A stretch of DNA of 64,000 bases from contig CM106586.1 in assembly GCA_048013815.1 (NCBI GenBank), forward strand, positions 16,306,001 through 16,370,000, read 5' to 3'. Every line of letters begins with the position of its first letter. Position 1 is the stretch's first letter. This stretch comes from Setoptus koraiensis. Lineage: Eukaryota; Animalia; Arthropoda. Below are positions 1 to 11,010 of this stretch, piece by piece. The notes beneath the pieces were generated by a model, which had not been told where the DNA came from, did not search any database, and worked only from the letters and a program-made list of their open reading frames with translations. Made by a program: the position numbers and the translations under genes.

Positions 1-2124
1 TCTCAGTTGTAAGTTGTGATACCATTTCATGGGTGTCATCGACCTCTCAACCGTAGCTGGGGGCACATTGTTGCCAACATAGACCTTACACGATCTACGA
101 GCTCGCGCAACCGCCAATTGTTCCACACCCATTAGAGTTCCTTTAATCATCAGATCTTTGAAACTTAGCATGGATAGTGGAAAATCTCTGAGTGATATCT
201 CAGCGTTTTTGAAGTTAGCCGATATGAGTCTGCACCAAAGTGTCGTGAATTTGATATCATCAGGCATTGGACTTTCTGGATTGAGGGTTTTAATCATATT
301 CTTTAAATCATGATGCTTGTGAAAACTCGAATCAGCAACAACCTTCAGATATGAGTCTTCAAGTAGCACTGTAAACAATGCAAGATGTCGACTTTCATTA
401 TATAATTGCTTAGATCGTTGAATATAAATGTCAGCGTTCTTCTTAGCTAAGGAACGATTCAACTCCTCCATGGTGGAAGGAGGCATCAGATTAGTTCTTC
501 TGAGTTCATTAATCTTATCTTGAAGGGTCTGATCCCGTTTCAGTTGCTCATGATATTCATCTTCGAGAAGCATGAAATTGTTTCTGAGTTTAGTCTCGAA
601 TGGATCATCTTCTATTTCCATAATAAATTTGTCAATCTTAAAGCTAAGATCAGGACCAATCTTGCTGGCTGAAATATTTGATTGAGAATTGCGTGGATGA
701 TATTGTTTCAACCATTTGATTATACCCATGAATCTCTCGTTGAAAGCAGTTGCAAAATCATAATTATAAGGAAATAATGAAGAAACGGTGCCAATCTCTA
801 CAGATATTAGCTCGTTTGTTGGTGACTGCAGTTTCATGCCGCAACTGTTTTGCTCTCTGTCCAATATCGAAGGGAATCCCGGGTCAGGGTAAAACGATAC
901 GCTAAGTAGATTACATGTCAACATAGTATTTTCGTCAAAATGCAAACAAATAAGATCTGATTTAATAGTTTTAAGGCCAGGAAATTCCGCCTCAATTGTC
1001 AGGGAATGAGTATCAATGCATATTGTCTGCTCATCTTGCGATAACAATGCTCCGAAGCTCATTCTCCCTTTTAGTTCTAATTTCATGGATAATGGGGATG
1101 GCGTAGTTGTCGCTGGATGCTGCTGAGAATTTGGGACCGACGAAGGGATTTGGCGAATTTTGCGCTTGACAGTTCTAATAGAGCGGTTAATATTGCTTAT
1201 TAAATCGACTAGACTAATGTGGAATGCAATATTCCATTGTAAAAAGCAGTCTCCATTGATATTAAAATCTAAACTGCGATTGGCTATGTCATAGCTGGTT
1301 TGTAGATTTTCAATAAACAAAATTCTTTGTTTTGTTAATTCTTCAGGCAATTCGGAGAACTTTCTAACTTCAGGCACACTCAGATCGCTTATTATTACCC
1401 TATTCAAATCAATCATTAGACTCTTGGAAAATGGTGACGATTGCACACTCAGAGATTCAATGCGGTAGACGAAACTCGACATCTCGATCGCTATGGCTCC
1501 CGTAACTAGATTGAACGTTCTTGTATCTCCGTGAGTTTGATTGAAACGTAATCCTGACATAGTCATCCTGATACTCTGGGGAGTCCTGTTGTGGCTCGTT
1601 ACGACTGCAGTTTGCTCTATGATGATGCTACCTCCTTTGATTTCAATCAATCTCATGAGTTGCGACAGAAAGCCTCTTCGCTGAGCGCCTGACGGCCTTT
1701 CTTGGGATGCTCTATGCCTATTTCGGACTGGTGGGCGAGGCTCATTTTGGCAATTTCTCACTGATTCAATGAGGCCCAAGTCTTTAGTGGTTATCTTCAA
1801 TGTTGTAAAACAAAGAGCAATTCTTGAGGTGCAAGTTACATCGAAGTAACTGCTGGACAACCATAGGTGTTCTAATTCTATTCTGGTGCCATCGAGATGG
1901 GGCAATCTCAGATTGACACCTCGCAATGATATAAGTCCAAATTTGCTAATACTCGATTCAATTGAATGTTCCCTCTTCAAATAAAACACTGCGTAATAGG
2001 TGCAGATGATAGGGAACAATATTACCAAGAGTATTATCAATAACAAAATAATAATATGGTAGTAATGATAATAATAGTATATAAGTAATAGAAATAAAGT
2101 TACAATAATGGTAAGCAGATCCAT
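1..2124 (-). CDS. BLTP2: Bridge-like lipid transfer protein 2 (KIAA0100/hobbit/Fmp27 family), N-terminal part; runs off the window edge
   Basis: Hand translation of the minus strand from the ATG at 2124; no stop in the blocks translated (about 1-300 and 1141-2124), same frame at both ends. Hydrophobic N-terminal anchor, then IELEHLWLSSSYFDVTCTSRIALCFTTLKITTKDL, NPESPMPDDIKFTTLWCRLISANFKNAEISLRDFP and ERSMTPMKWYHN, which resemble KIAA0100 motifs recalled from memory. Not in the supplied ORF track. Confidence 0.85.
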   Translation of the reverse strand, partial: MDLLTIIVTLFLLLIYYYYHYYHIIILLLIILLVILFPIICTYYAVFYLKREHSIESSISKFGLISLRGVNLRLPHLDGTRIELEHLWLSSSYFDVTCTSRIALCFTTLKITTKDLGLIESVRNCQNEPRPPVRNRHRASQERPSGAQRRGFLSQLMRLIEIKGGSIIIEQTAVVTSHNRTPQSIRMTMSGLRFNQTHGDTRTFNLVTGAIAIEMSSFVYRIESLSVQSSPFSKSLMIDLNRVIISDLSVPEVRKFSELPEELTKQRILFIENLQTSYDIANRSLDFNINGDCFLQWNIAFHISLVDLISNINRSIRTVKRKIRQIPSSVPNSQQHPATTTPSPLSMKLELKGRMSFGALLSQDEQTICIDTHSLTIEAEFPGLKTIKSDLICLHFDENTMLTCNLLSVSFYPDPGFPSILDREQNSCGMKLQSPTNELISVEIGTVSSLFPYNYDFATAFNERFMGIIKWLKQYHPRNSQSNISASKIGPDLSFKIDKFIMEIEDDPFETKLRNNFMLLEDEYHEQLKRDQTLQDKINELRRTNLMPPSTMEELNRSLAKKNADIYIQRSKQLYNESRHLALFTVLLEDSYLKVVADSSFHKHHDLKNMIKTLNPESPMPDDIKFTTLWCRLISANFKNAEISLRDFPLSMLSFKDLMIKGTLMGVEQLAVARARRSCKVYVGNNVPPATVERSMTPMKWYHNLQLR

Positions 2125-2343
2125 AGTATCAATCCAATGTTCCACAAATCCATACGTCTGCGAGAGTCCATCAAGAGGCTGGCTTGAGTTGGCTCGAGCT
2201 TTTCTTCATCAGGGCGAATATTGTCATTATATAAACTGATGATAATCATAAGACAATAATATATATAGATAAATATGTATATATATATGAATATTAGATG
2301 AAAAAAGATTCTGCTGTGCTCAGCAATGGGCAACCCCAATAAC

Positions 2344-2350
2344 TATATAA
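2344..2350 (+). promoter_or_regulatory. Candidate TATA box upstream of a probable non-coding first exon of the MARVEL gene
   Basis: TATATAA at 2344-2350, followed about 145 nt later by a strong donor CAG|GTAAGT near 2494. Confidence 0.3.
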
Positions 2351-3527
2351 GCACCAGCTGTGACTGGTCTCGCCAACAGAGAATGACAGCTATTTGTTTT
2401 TGTCCGACAGGCACGTGTTGACATTTCTCGCAGCGGCAAATTCGAACGATCATTTGTTCACTTGGCGGGCTCGTTTACCTGTGGCCCGATCAGGTAAGTC
2501 AACAAACAAAGGTAAACCAACCATCTATCGTTCGAGAATTCCGTTTGGACTCAACAAGTCAGTCTAAAGTCAAGAGCCAAGAAAAACAACGTATTTGTAT
2601 CGAAATGTGTCCGCTAATGTGCCGCTAATCGAAAAAATAATGGCTTCACCTTGTATAGCTGCCGGTGCTAGAGGTTGTACTACACTGTACTATCTAGTTG
2701 TGTGTACTAAAGTTGCTTCTCCGTGTCAAAAGCTAAATCGAACGAAAGTGGGAGGGCTTCCATTGATAGTGATTTGAAAGTTTCGTACATAATAACCAGC
2801 CAGCTGAGTATCTTGACTAGTTGCTTGGTTAGACTGCAAATCGTCGTTTAGTAAGTCGTGACTGAAAGCAATTCTTGCAGAAGAAATATTTTTCATTCGA
2901 GTTTCATTTTGTTTACACTGCCGTCCATAATGTTAGCACAAATTTCTGGCGTGGGTGTTAGACGCTCACGAGTATGATACTACCAAACAACCAATTGATT
3001 GTGTGCAGTTGTCTATGACTTATGGATATAACAATAACAGCACAACAAACAACCTGTTGGCTCTGATTGGAGGAACGGCTTGGAATTGCTGCTGTCGTTG
3101 GGCAATCTAACTACTGAGAAGTTGTACTTCTCGTAAGGTATCGTGGGAAGAAGTCGCCTGTATAGTTAATCAACAATCTTTATATTTTGTTGTTGTAGCC
3201 CTCATCTGACGCGTGCTTTAATAAAAGATCGAACAAGCTCAATTTGCAGCTCGTGTTCTCGACGCTAATTTACAAGATGGCGTCATACTTAGCTTAGCAA
3301 TTCGATCAAAATAGTTACACAGTTATTCTCAGCATTAACAGTAAATAGTATGGATGTGAATGCGTTGAGCTAAACAATGTGCAAACCAACCAGAAATCGC
3401 ATCGAAAGATGATATCAATTGCCTAGGCTGGCTCGAAGATGGTAACAGTATTTATCGTTGGCATTTGATGCGACAATTAATTGAACAACCAGAAGGTTCG
3501 CTTCAGAGCGTTTATTCATAAGTAACT

Positions 3528-4539
3528 ATGGCTAAGCCAAAGAGCCCCAGATCGCCGACCTCATCCTCATCAGCATCTACCATAACAACAACAACAGTCA
3601 CACATCCAGACGGTCGTCAATATATAACTCGTGTTGAGCGTACAAAACCCAAGTATTCTTTTCATGTAGTTACAAAGGCCACGACAAAATCTGCAATACC
3701 AGAAGAGGTGGAATTAGATACCAAACATTTTACTCGCTGGCCAGGAATACTTAAATTGCTGCAAATTGTAAGAATATTCATCGATTCTATTTAACTAGAA
3801 TTTCGTATCACTTTAAATAGATTACAACCAAGCAAATTCTAAATGTCTCCCAACTCTTCTCTGTCATTTGCTGACCCGATTTAGATTGTTGCAGTGATTT
3901 GTATGATATTCTTCTCGCCACCTTTGACTTGGTTCACTAGAATTCTCTGCGCCGTGGTCGCCTCATGTTTTGCCATCACAATATTGATTTGCCTCTTCTA
4001 TCTATTCACATTACGAAGGGTAGTATTTCCCTCATGGAATTGGTTAAAGATTGTAAGTTTAAATTTACCATCTCCTTCATTATTTTCCGACAAACAAACT
4101 TTAGTTCAATCACTCTTGTTAACAAGATTCATTAATTTATTCTTTTTCTTTTCTCACAGGAGATGATTTACACAAATTTAGCATCTCTAGCTTATCTAGT
4201 GTCATCAATTCTGCAGATTATTTTTACTAACAAAAAAGAATATGAGATAGCGTTACTATATCATGACTATTACCACGACTACATCATAGCAGGGGTAAGT
4301 TGTGATCTGGATAGATCTAGTTCTAATGCGGAATCCATCGGACTTTCCAAACTAATGTTCTTTTTACACATTTTGTTTTAAAGTTAATCGGCTTCGTCAA
4401 CTTCATACTATATGCCCTGGGAGGTCAATTACTTCATAATCAGTGGAAACGCAAGAAGAACCAACCACAAGTTCACATAGTTCGGACAACAATAGATAGG
4501 AAAGGGAAGCAACACAAAAGAACTATATCACATGTATAG
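3528..4539 (+). CDS. MARVEL-domain (CKLF-like/plasmolipin-like) four-TM protein, copy 1
   Basis: Exons 3528-3767, 3885-4052, 4160-4294 and 4384-4539, all phase 0 with GT-AG sites. Spliced protein has PGILKLLQIIVAVICMI, EMIYTNLASLAYLVSS and YIIAGLIGFVNFILYALG, the typical MARVEL helix pattern. Confidence 0.8.
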
Positions 4540-5159
4540 ATATGTAGTAAAATAATTAATCATCACTAATTTGCTTGTCGTATAAGGTTAAGTAAAACTT
4601 CATATTAATCGGAATGACTGGCCAGTAGCATGGATTCCTTCGAGTACATTCATTTTGGAATTGGTTATCTATGTGCAGTTGCATTGACTGTATTGAATCA
4701 TACTGTTCGCTCCCATAGTACGCTTTCATTTTGTTTTGATGCTCTTTCAATCTCATTGATAATCCATCTGACGCTGTTCGAGGAACGTCAACTTTATTTA
4801 ATTCCATCAAAGTGTTGACTTGTGATATATCCTTATAGAATTCGACATCGTCCACTTCTTGAATTTTGGCCTCATCTCTATCTTTCTGATGTTTCCTTGT
4901 TTCCAATATGAACTTCATATATTCTTCATCCACCGAAGAGTCTGAATCTTCGTCTGCGATGTCTTCATCACTCTCATCATCTGTCTTGAGACGTTTCAAG
5001 ATTCCAGTCAATTCGGTATCCGATAGTTCAATTTGGCGCTTACTCAGCTCATTTTCCTCTTCCTCTGATGACATCACGACAGGTGATCTGATACAATTAA
5101 AACAATTGTCTTTATTTTTTGATAATACGAATGTCCTATCGATTTTCAGGTCCTATTAA
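3618..5159. repeat. Segmental duplication copy A (1542 bp, direct repeat of 10089-11630)
   Basis: Constant offset of 6471. Only differences seen: 3624 A vs 10095 G and 4340 G vs 10811 T. Confidence 0.95.
4556..5074 (-). CDS. GEMIN8: Gem-associated protein 8 (SMN complex), copy 1
   Basis: Single exon. Acidic N-terminus, EEYMKFILETRKHQKDR, and C-terminal YYG..IQSMQ..F..C.RRNPCYWPVIP, matching the Gemin8 YWPVIP signature. Confidence 0.85.
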   Translation of the reverse strand: MSSEEEENELSKRQIELSDTELTGILKRLKTDDESDEDIADEDSDSSVDEEYMKFILETRKHQKDRDEAKIQEVDDVEFYKDISQVNTLMELNKVDVPRTASDGLSMRLKEHQNKMKAYYGSEQYDSIQSMQLHIDNQFQNECTRRNPCYWPVIPINMKFYLTLYDKQISDD

Positions 5160-5432
5160 TTAGATCGTAGGGAGGATACGATCGTAGATCTTTTAAACTT
5201 TAATAACGAGAAATGTCACGATATTTGTCACGATATTTGTCACGATATTTGTCACGATATTTGTCACAATATTGGTCACACTTTTTTTCTCGTCAGCTGA
5301 AAATTTTCTTTTTTTTTAGTTTTCTGGAGATTTGGGAGAGTGAGGGAGAACAGGGGAGTAGAAAATCGATAGAACCTTCCCGACCTACGATCTCCCTACC
5401 TCAGTCCACCGACTGAGGGAACACCAAGTTAT
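5160..5432. mobile_element. Candidate non-autonomous Helentron-associated (HINE/DINE-1-like) element
   Basis: Starts at TT (5160-5161). 10-bp subterminal inverted repeats AGATCGTAGG (5162-5171) and CCTACGATCT (5384-5393); 5' partial inverted repeat GATCGTA/TACGATC (5163-5169/5177-5183); internal 12-bp tandem array; 3' stem-loop CCTCAGTC-CACC-GACTGAGG (5399-5418); T-rich end. The right boundary is approximate. Confidence 0.55.
5214..5280. repeat. 12-bp tandem repeat (TGTCACGATATT) x4 perfect plus 2 degenerate units
   Basis: Directly visible; produces the spurious SRYL-repeat ORF. Confidence 0.95.
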
Positions 5433-5959
5433 TTTCTTTTTTTAATTTTCGCAACTTGGACCAAAAGTGATGTCACAGAAAGAACTTTCCGAGGCCCATG
5501 TTGGAAACGTAAATGGCCGCACCATGATTCTTCAACCACGCCTGAACTAATGATTGCAAATACTAGAATTTCACGAGAACGTATTCGCAACAAGAAGGTT
5601 TCAATTCATCATGCCGGAAACCCAAGATGTGGTAGAATGCATATGGTGGAGTTGTGACCATTCTACCACGTCTACAATTACCGGCACGATGATTGAGACT
5701 CTCAGCTTGAGAGGACGTTTCCGTTGGGACACTATCGATTTTTGGTTAGTACTCAATTAGGGAATACTCGTGAAAACGAGATGGGCGGTAGATACATATT
5801 TTTTTTTCTACTCTCGACGAGAATGCTTAGGCACTGAATACATTTGAACTATGAGGCTTACTATCGCCAATAACGCGTTTTTAACACGCAGTCGACTGCA
5901 AACATAACTATGGTTTATTGAAATAACTTGAAAAGTTCAATACAAGACAAACAAATCAA

Positions 5960-8765
5960 TCATCGATGATGGCTATGATTTCGTGAAGCAGGTACAATGT
6001 TCTTGTAGGCTGCATGATTCTGGGAGCGCCTGAATACTGTTGGCGACCTACATGGACCAACAGAGGAAGCTTGCTGACTTGAGTTGGCTGATAATGAAGA
6101 ATTGAGTGTCGGGTCGTTGACGCAATTTGTCAATTGTTTCATTTGTTGTTGTTTAGGCGAGGGCCATAATTCATCTTTATAGGAAGCACTCTTCCATGTT
6201 GTTGAGACTGGTGAAATATTGTTGGACCTGGATACTTCGGTCAAACTTTGAGGAGATTGTCGTTGATTATATTTACTAAACTGGGATGATGGTGATCCTT
6301 GGTCGCTAGATGGAGATGGAACGGACGAACCGCTAATTGGTGAATTATACCTAACGCCATTGACTACTGTAGTATCACAAAAAGAATCCTGACTTTGACT
6401 GATATAGGTGGTTGCCGTGTGATCGTGCAGTCTACTATCTAGCTGATGCTGCTGATGAAACGGTTGTTGAGGCTGGATTTGATGCGATTGCTGTAATAGC
6501 TGATGATGTTGCTGTTGTTGATTTTGTTCATATCTGTAACATAAATTGTTGTGACTATTACTCCTTGTAATTGTATTCAATCCGTTTATAATGATAGCAT
6601 GATTTTTAACGCCATAGTCGTTATTAAGTTTGTTGAACCCGCTTTTACAAAGATTATTTTCATTTGGCGGAAAGCATGAGTTCTGGGACGAGCTGGTCAT
6701 CGAACTGGACCGGAGCAATGGTTGATGGGGCTGTTCTAATCTATTATCAAAAGCTATATTTTGTCCAAATTGTTGTTGAGTGGTGTTAGCTAACGTAATT
6801 GGCACCTGATGCTGTTGAATTGGCTGCTGGCGTTGCTGATCTGATGTAGTTGCTTCGAAGTCATCATAGTATGTAGGAGATCTTTTTGGGATTTCATCAA
6901 CCGGAGAATTGGTATCTAAATGTCGAATTCCTTCTGCTAGATGCTTAGAGGACACATTACTTGACCTAGATCCTAGTGGAACTTGGTTCGATGTAGAATG
7001 GAAAATCTTTGAATTGGTTAAATTGGGTAATGAGCCTGTATTGGAAGTCGATATCTGGATTGGATTGATTGTTCCTCCAACATGCTCATCTTCAATAGAA
7101 CATATTTCAATGCCGGGAACTTTACAAGATTTTGGTCTGATGTGTGATGTTTCTTGAGCAGCTTGCAAATAGTTCTGCTTTGGAGTTTGTTGGACTCGTG
7201 AACTCATAGGCATGCATTGAGGTTCATAAGTCTGGTGTTCAACTGGTAATATAGAAGAGGATATATGAGAAGACAAGATTACGATTGTGGATATAACAAA
7301 AATTTCAACATTTTATGTGAACTGATCAAATTGATTGTGTATACTTACGCGAATTGTATTGATTTTCATTGAACGTTCCACACGTTAGAGAGTTGGTATA
7401 CTCTGTACTACAACTGTCATTAACTAGAGGAGCCATCTGTTCCTGAATAGTGTCTCCTTCTGTGATATAATTTCTTTGTACATAATCAAAAGTCGAATCT
7501 TTTATCTGTGTAGAGTCATGGCAATGTTCGTTATGATCAGTTACTTGGTTATACCCCTCACAAGAGAGAACCGTCTCATCTTGCAAATAAACACTCGATA
7601 GATCAGGTAAATCATGCGGCTCCCCCAGGTTAGTTGGATTGTCTGAACAGGAAACAGTATTATGAAATGTTGTCTGTTCGACAGGTGAAGTGCCCAGTGA
7701 AGATGCGAAAGAATGATTCATTGCAGAGTCCGAATTAGAGCGCCATTCGTCTCTGGGAGGAACGAGATGCCCTTCTAGATCGGTGGCCATTGTGGACGTC
7801 GATTGTTGCCCATCATCGATGCTATTGTTGGCGCCGGCGGCGGCAATCATTTTTTTGCTGTGGTCCGCTGGGGCAAAACTGTCAAATCCTAATTGCTGAT
7901 CAATATAATAATTGTTATCAAAATTAACATTGCCTTCTTGTGGAGCATAAATCACCGCATCGTCCTCGTTGTACGAATATGGATCATCACCAGTATACTG
8001 TGGTTGTTGTAGCTGATTATTTTCTATCGTACTTGATGATAAAGATGCTGGTGTTGCTTGCGTCCTTGTGGCTGGTACATTGTTGTAATAAGAATTACAA
8101 GATCCATTAGTTGGTTGATTCAATTGATCATTGGAGCTGATATAAATTATGTTTTGATCTATTGATGAGTTGATAAAATTTTGTGGACATTGAACCGTAG
8201 CGGCCAAAGATTGATGGTTGGTATTGGAAGTTCGCAGAGGGCTTAAATAGTCGGCTTGGTCGTTTTGACTGTTTACCAAGGGATTTCGCGTCTAAATAAG
8301 ATTAAATACAAAGATAATCGACATCAGTACGACAGTTGGATGCTATTGCTTTTTGCATGATTGACTGCAGTTTCACCCCGAAGAATGCTGATCAAGTGAA
8401 TACTTACGCGAGTTTCTTCTACTTCTTTGATGATTTGTTGAAATGCCTTGGTGCCCTCCTGTTCCTTTTGGTTTAGAAGAGCTGCATGAATTGAAATCAC
8501 AAGATGTAGAATATAAGAATGGGTTATAATACACGATGTAGTATTAATTGATGGATCAACATGCTAGAATAATAACATCATCGATGTTAGGATAACCGCA
8601 ACAACACTGTGAGGCAGTGCGCATCCGTAAGTGAGTCTGACCGATCGCGTCAATAGCGACAACTTTAGCTGGACGCTGGTCAGTTTTGAGCCTACTCAAA
8701 CATACCCACCTTTCGCTGAATTTTCGTGGACTTATCCTTCGTTGCTGTTGCTGGTGACTCGCCAT
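5960..8765 (-). CDS. CRTC: CREB-regulated transcription coactivator (TORC family)
   Basis: N-terminal SPRKFSE...ALLNQKEQEGTKAFQQIIKEV (CREB-binding helix), WRSNSDSAM, KVPGIEI and NTGSLPNLTN motifs. Exons approx. 8765-?, 8482-8409, 8291-7348 and 7242-5960; the first donor is ambiguous. AATAAA on the minus strand at 5914-5919. Confidence 0.85.
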
Positions 8766-9161
8766 GGCTCACCTGAGAAGACTTGGCTTCTAATCGTCAC
8801 ACATACGTAAATAATATGTGGATAAACAAAAGTGTGTGTGTGTGTGCGTGCACTCGATGGAAATCTAGTCAATCAGTTAATAATTATCTCAATTGCTTCG
8901 TCATTTGTTATTTGAATTGTATAACAATGTAATCGTACCGCGATGTGGTCATTTCCAATCGAATTACCACTCGAAGGGGGTATGGAGGGGGCGTTACTGG
9001 TTGGTCGAACAATGGTGCTAAATAGTTCGATTTCTGTTGTCCGCTTTAGTGCAATAGTTCGAATTTATTGATTCGATGTCCGCGTCGATGCGTCGTTGTT
9101 ATTCGATCGTTCGATTAAAATGGCAGCGAGCGCAGAAACAATTGGCTCTCTCGTGCCGATA

Positions 9162-9163
<2 letters not shown>

Positions 9164-9212
<49 letters not shown>
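9164..9212. repeat. (TG)24 microsatellite
   Basis: Directly visible. Confidence 0.95.
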
Positions 9213-9215
<3 letters not shown>

Positions 9216-10087
9216 TTTCAGTTCTACTGTGTTGTTATTACGCGCTGCGATGTTTACTATTGTCGTTTTCAATATTTCAGCAAGATGCATTTATATAATG
9301 ACTTTGGTGTGTGTATAATAATAATAATGATAATAGTAATAATAATAGTAATACAATAAAGCGCATAATTGTGTGATAATGATCGTTATTGTTGTTGTGA
9401 CACCGTGTTAAAATCCGCAATTTGTGACGATTAAACGTTAATAGTAGCGTGATAATAAATATTATTAATTGATCGATAAAGATGCTTCAGTTAGCTTGAT
9501 ACCTTGATGTTGTTGTGTTGTTGTTGTTCTCTATGAGTTATTTCTATCGCTTGCTCGCTGTGCGGTTGCAGTTGATAATAGAGACAACGTTATGATGATC
9601 GCGTCTCGCTAACTACGACATGTTTCTTGAACCACACACACACACACTCGCTCGCTCGCACTCTCTAATACCATGAAGTACCATGTTCACCATTGTCGTC
9701 CCTTGCTAACACACGCACGCACACACTTAATTACACAGACACACACACAAACAGAAATAGAATAAGCGAAAGCAGTTTTCTGCAAGAGCTGTGCCGTCGA
9801 TTGTGAACAACAGCGCGCCGATCTTGCCAATGCTTAGGTAAACTAGATAAATATAGCTAGACAAAGTGATTGTTGTTGTTGTTTTCGTTGTTGCTGTATG
9901 GTGATTTAAGCAGCAGTTAGTGATTATATTAATAATGATAATACATTACACTTTGCTGAAATCTTGCTTTCTCCATACGCACAAATAAATTCTCTTTCTC
10001 TCTCCCTCTCTCCCTTTCTCTATTCGTGAGTCTCACCCTCTGTGCCCGCTTGACAGTGCACTACACACAGTATTACACAGTGTGTAG

Positions 10088-11010
10088 ACAATATGTAACT
10101 CGTGTTGAGCGTACAAAACCCAAGTATTCTTTTCATGTAGTTACAAAGGCCACGACAAAATCTGCAATACCAGAAGAGGTGGAATTAGATACCAAACATT
10201 TTACTCGCTGGCCAGGAATACTTAAATTGCTGCAAATTGTAAGAATATTCATCGATTCTATTTAACTAGAATTTCGTATCACTTTAAATAGATTACAACC
10301 AAGCAAATTCTAAATGTCTCCCAACTCTTCTCTGTCATTTGCTGACCCGATTTAGATTGTTGCAGTGATTTGTATGATATTCTTCTCGCCACCTTTGACT
10401 TGGTTCACTAGAATTCTCTGCGCCGTGGTCGCCTCATGTTTTGCCATCACAATATTGATTTGCCTCTTCTATCTATTCACATTACGAAGGGTAGTATTTC
10501 CCTCATGGAATTGGTTAAAGATTGTAAGTTTAAATTTACCATCTCCTTCATTATTTTCCGACAAACAAACTTTAGTTCAATCACTCTTGTTAACAAGATT
10601 CATTAATTTATTCTTTTTCTTTTCTCACAGGAGATGATTTACACAAATTTAGCATCTCTAGCTTATCTAGTGTCATCAATTCTGCAGATTATTTTTACTA
10701 ACAAAAAAGAATATGAGATAGCGTTACTATATCATGACTATTACCACGACTACATCATAGCAGGGGTAAGTTGTGATCTGGATAGATCTAGTTCTAATGC
10801 GGAATCCATCTGACTTTCCAAACTAATGTTCTTTTTACACATTTTGTTTTAAAGTTAATCGGCTTCGTCAACTTCATACTATATGCCCTGGGAGGTCAAT
10901 TACTTCATAATCAGTGGAAACGCAAGAAGAACCAACCACAAGTTCACATAGTTCGGACAACAATAGATAGGAAAGGGAAGCAACACAAAAGAACTATATC
11001 ACATGTATAG
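10088..11010 (+). CDS. MARVEL-domain gene copy 2, lacking the original first 30 codons; possible new first exon at 9830-9837
   Basis: Identical to copy 1 from QY(V/I)TRVER onward. ATG CTT AG|GTAAAC at 9830 could splice to TAG|A at 10087/10088, giving MLRQYVTRVER. Confidence 0.6.

Noticed and set aside
5213-5416. ORF with SRYL repeats, and the 12-bp array as a possible CRISPR
   Set aside because: Head-to-tail tandem repeat without spacers in a eukaryotic context; the ORF is a by-product.
5433-5900. 68-aa ORF 5554-5760 and short inverted matches as a transposase or second element
   Set aside because: No recognisable motif; the inverted matches of 9 bp or less are within chance expectation.
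9076-9359. ORFs with CVCVCV or HTHTHT runs (also at 32007-32539 and 49384-50761)
   Set aside because: Translations of TG/CA and trinucleotide microsatellites.
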